A DNA stretch of 64,000 nt from Podarcis gaigeae (lineage: Eukaryota), in the NCBI GenBank assembly GCA_964106915.2, contig OZ066915.1; one strand, given 5' to 3'. Numbering within the stretch: position 1 is the first letter of the stretch; each line of letters opens with the position of its first letter. Shown in pieces: positions 59,506 to 64,000 of the stretch. Position numbers and translations under genes: made by a program. The notes under the pieces are model-generated. The model was not told where the DNA came from, did no database searches, and saw nothing but the letters and a program-made list of their open reading frames with translations.

Positions 59506-62500
59506 CCCCACAAAAACAAAAATAATTAAGTGCTTGTGCAGGAAGCCAGAGCGATCTTATCTTTACCTTGGAAAGGCAATACCCAGGCTAATATGAGTCA
59601 TATTTTCTATCTTTTGGCTTTCCCGTTAAAGCCTGACATCCTTAGTCAATTAATAAATCTTTCCCTTTCTTTTCTGGAATAAGTCAGTGCGGGTGGAGGC
59701 AGAGAAACATGAAAGTCAGCTGAGGAATGCAGGTCTTATAGAGTGCTTTCTGCGGCAGCTAAAGTATTCCTTAAAGGCACTCACAGTTAATAAATATTGG
59801 CTTATTCAGTTCCTGAAACAGCTAGGCTACTTTCCTGGTAAGGTAATGGTCCTCTAAGCATGGGCCATTAAGGTGACAAAGGAAGTCATAGTTAGAAAGA
59901 CAAAGGCCAGAGTTGAGAGTTGAATTATGTGAACTAGAAGCTAGATGCTGGCAGGCGGTGCATCTGGGAGACATAGCCATGCCTGATTTCTGTTGGAATC
60001 CAAGGCTGTGGCTTTGAGGGAAGCAAGATCCTCTTGGGGTGATAATGCTGTGAACCCCTCCATCGTAGGCTCAGGTTGTAGATATGTGTAAATAAGCCTT
60101 CTATCATAAAGACACCACAGTCTCCAGAGTCCCTCATTTCAAAGGAAACACAAAGGTAAGCACCTTTAACCCCTGGAATTTCACACCGCTTAGAGATTAG
60201 GGCAGCATGCAGCGATATGAATGAGACATGCAAGTTATGTGGAAAAATAAGAGAGCTGAGAGATCGAGGAGTCAAATTGGGAAAGGGGAGCTGAAAGACC
60301 CAGTGGAGAAAAAGGAGCGAGAGTAGGCACGAAGTGAAGAAGTAATTTGTAAAGAATGTCTAGAGCATGCAGTGAGATAAAAAGGCTGGAGCAGGAGCAT
60401 GAATAAAAGTCACACTAAAAGCCTGAGGAGATGATGATAGAAGAGATAGATGAAAGTGGCCAGAGAAATGAGCTAAGCATTACCAAGAGATGTTTTGGAG
60501 AGGAAGACTGAATCTGAATATAAAAGAGGCAGAGTGCTGGAGTAAAAAAAGGACATAAAATTAATATAATCTAGGAGAAATTGATTCAGTGCCCGCCCTA
60601 CTGTCAAGATGTTGTGCTGCAAGGGCACAGTTCCTAAGCACTTAAAAGAAAGCAGTCGGCACTGAGATGGAGGTCATGGAGAAGGGAGCAAAATCATTGG
60701 GGGATTTTGTTTAACAGAGGGGCTTGGTGGTTGTTTTTGAGATACACATGATTATACACATGATTATATTAACTTTTGTATTTGTGATTCGCTGTGTTTT
60801 CGTAAGCTGCTTAGAGGTTCTGGTGCAGGCCATACACATACCCATTAAATATTCAAATAAAAAAAGAAGACCTTCCAATTCAGAGTAGGGTGTGTGTCCG
60901 TCGGTCCGTGTCCCCTTTCCCTGGCCAGGGTTTAGCTCTCGCATCTCTTTTTCCAAAAGCGAAGTACCAGGGTGTATAGCAATTGCTGTTAAAGTTTTCA
61001 CTATTAGATACATTCAGCCCTTTAGCCACCTAGTTCTCCAGTCATTATATCTTGACTGCCCTCCATGGATGTCACTTGACAGTGCAATGCAGACTGAGCA
61101 ATCCCAGAGACCATACAATTCTGTGTCTATGTTGATAGAGAAATGGAAAATGCAGGGAGTGGGTGGGCAGGAGATGGAATGGGTATCTTGGCAGAGCATG
61201 GCTGGTTGTCACTTCACAGTGCAGGACTCAGGTCTTGATTTTATTGGCCTTCTCATGTTAATATAAGCCACAATGCTAGGCTAAGGGCAGCTGGGAGCAA
61301 ATCTGTGCAATTGTGTTTCTAAGAAGCGATGGCCTCATTGGCTTGATTCTCTGCTTAATTCAGTGGTCTTGAGGGGCTGCTGAATTATAATTTCACTCCT
61401 TACTAGAGACCAGGCATCCTCAGCCTTGGTCCTCCAGATGCTTTTGCCCTACAACATCATGATCCGTAGCTAGCAGGACTAGTGGTCAGGGATGATGGGA
61501 ATTGTAGTCTCAAAACATCTGGAGGGCTGAGGTTGAGGAAGCCTGCTAGAGACTGTCATTCAAGAACTGATCTGATGACGGTGCCAGTTCCATTAATGAA
61601 GATAAAAAGGGAGAGGGAGATGTTACACAGTCAACCATTTTTCTTAATAATCAAGTGTATATCTCAGGTTTTTACCTCTTGATTAGGGTAGATGGAGTGG
61701 AATCAAAAAGTTAATTTAAATGTTGTCATTTTTCTAGCTTTCACTGCTGGGAAAGAAAATGTACAGGTTGTTTCAATTAAATGTTTAAAACTGTGAAAAT
61801 GGTTTGGGTATTAGGGACCAAAACAACAGAGTTTTGTGGCCCCTTGAAGACTAACAGATTAAGTGTGGCACAAGCTTGGGATGGAGAAGCTGTGGCCCGT
61901 GATGTTCTTGGACTCCAGCTCCCATCATCTTCACTTGGCATGGCCAGTGGTCTGGAATGATGGGAGTTGTAGTTCAGCAACATCTGGAGGGCCACAAGTT
62001 CCCAATCCCTAGGATAACCCTTTCTAGCTTAGAATCCACATTGTCAGGTACATGAAGCATAATCTTCAATTGGCAGGCTATCTTTTTGCATTTCACTGCC
62101 ACTGAACTCCAACCTTTACCTGTTTTCCCCTTTTACAACTGCATGCATCTGAAGAAGTGGACCTCCCTGCTCAATGGAAATTTTACATGTTTCTTTTCCT
62201 AGTTTTTGGTGGCACTGGTTAGCCTGTTTTTGAGCCTTGAGCCTGTTTTTGTTTTATAGTTCTGATTTCGTGGTTTTACTATTGATAATGAGGTTGTTGA
62301 TATTTTACTGCTATCTTAATTGTGTCTTGTAATTATACTTTATTTTTTTATTTATTTGCCATCACTTGTGATAAAAAGTGGTATACAAATACATTAAATA
62401 AAGGAATCTTTTTTTAGGTGCCACAAGGTGTCTGTCCCTCTTGTTTGTTTGCTGCAACAGACTAGAATGGCTCCTCCTCTGAGTTATGAGTCTTCATGCA

Positions 62501-63002
62501 GGATCTATACCCATTTCTGTTTTACACTTATTCCCTTGATATCAAGTGTTTCAAAGCAACCCAAAGCAAAACTGTGAACCCAAAATGAAGTATGCACACT
62601 AATCAACAACATAACATAAATCTGCTCAGATTGCACAGTTTAAGCCTCTTGCTGAGAATTGTGGGTTTTTGGCTGCACAATTTTAGAATTTTTCAGGCAC
62701 CTTTATTGCTGTTGAGAGGAAGGCAAGATCAGGATGATGAGACTAAAGGTTAGTTTGCAAATGGATGATTCAGTAATGAATGAGACTTTCGTTTATTACT
62801 CTTGCAAGTGAAACGTGAATGGTGTTTGCTAGTGCAGATGAGCAAACTATGGGCATACTGCTCATCATCCACTGTGCAACTAGCTGCTATTGGTTGTTAT
62901 TTAGTGTAATAAACATAATTAAAAAAACAATAGAGAACCCATTGTGCTTCATTGGGTGAAATAACTGGCTTTTCTTTCCTCCTTGTTTTACTTCCCATCC
63001 AG

Positions 63003-63102
63003 CCTATTTTGCCATGCAGGTGATCTACGTTCGGCGGAAGTGCAAAGTCTCTCCTCCTGTGACTTCAGGTCCACCAGAATTTGAAAGGATCTTCAGAGCT
63101 CA
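63003..63102 (+). CDS. LTC4S: Leukotriene C4 synthase coding exon 2 (gene continues beyond the window)
   Basis: ccag|(A)[33 protein letters not shown]|gtaagt; MAPEG-family FERxxRAQ motif; phase matches exon 1. Confidence 0.93.
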
Positions 63103-64000
63103 GTAAGTTAACCTGCTTCCTCCTTCCCTTCCTTTCCCTTCCATGCCACCCTTCTCTATAATATAATTTTATTCCAGCTTCCCACCCCTGGAGATGTGAA
63201 TCTAGATTACTCCAAGTAGACATATCTCCCAATGGCATACTTCCAGTCACATGGTGACATTGGTTACCGTACAGTCATATACTTAGTTCCTAAACCATAC
63301 TTAGAACCAACTTCTATTGGCACCAGCAGCTGTAATTCTGTACACGTGTTTTATGCGATCAGGGTGTTAACCAACCACATACTTCCTCCGCCCCCATTTC
63401 AGTCTCTCCAACGGGCTGCATAGACTGGCAATGCATCATCTCCAAACGTTGCATTCGAAAAATTCTTAGAAGAGAGTTGCATCAACAGGAGATGCTGTGG
63501 TCTTGTTTGGGGGTTTCCCACAGACATGTGGTTGGCCAATGTGAGAACAGGCAAAGACATTTTGATGAAACCTTTGACCAGTTTAAGAGACACTGACATG
63601 CTGGTTGGCACAGATGAGGTGCAACCACATACACTTTGCTCTTCATATACTACTACTTGCCGTAGTTGTGTAACAACTGTGTGTTATACTCACTGATTTC
63701 ATGTCTGTGTGATGTGACTACAAGATCACTGAGTTTGAACACCAAACCTTCCATACATTGCAACATTTGTGGAACAAATAGTCTTCTGTTTTCGGCAGTT
63801 CAGTAAATGTTTGGCATTGAAGTGATTTCGTGGCCCTTGTGATTTTGTCCCTTGGGTAGCATTTTGGCCAGCATGCAGCTGAATTCTGATGGCAGGGAAG
63901 AGCAAGTTGTAACTGGGAGGCTCTGCTTAGTAAAAAATTCCTACCCACTCATCTCTGCACAGCTCACTTGACCACCTACTCTGGTTTCTAACTGATACTT

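Noticed and set aside
1-64000. CRISPR arrays, rRNA/tRNA genes, intact transposase or RT genes
   Set aside because: None seen. The tRNA-like boxes belong to SINEs and the RT fragments are frameshifted.

Overview
Vertebrate genomic DNA, almost certainly from a squamate and probably a lacertid lizard (Sauria SINEs plus squamate-type L2, Penelope, hAT and Tc1/mariner MITEs). Three tandem + strand genes occur in the mammalian order CANX-MAML1-LTC4S. CANX has 14 coding exons at 7044-23062 giving 608 aa; its non-coding first exon lies upstream of the window. MAML1 has a CpG-island promoter and 5 coding exons at 28276-46799 giving about 1059 aa. Only the first two coding exons of LTC4S are present (57489-57546, 63003-63102), and it has no entry in the ORF track. 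All exon borders were read by eye and give consistent GT-AG junctions and reading-frame phases. No clearly new multi-gene system is evident. The best leads are small: a perfect 23-bp pre-miRNA-sized hairpin in MAML1 intron 3, a hammerhead-like motif in a Penelope remnant, an inverted SINE pair in CANX intron 8, a paired RFX X-box module before CANX exon 2, uORFs in the MAML1 leader, a multi-hairpin Tc2-like element, and lineage-specific changes in the calnexin termini.
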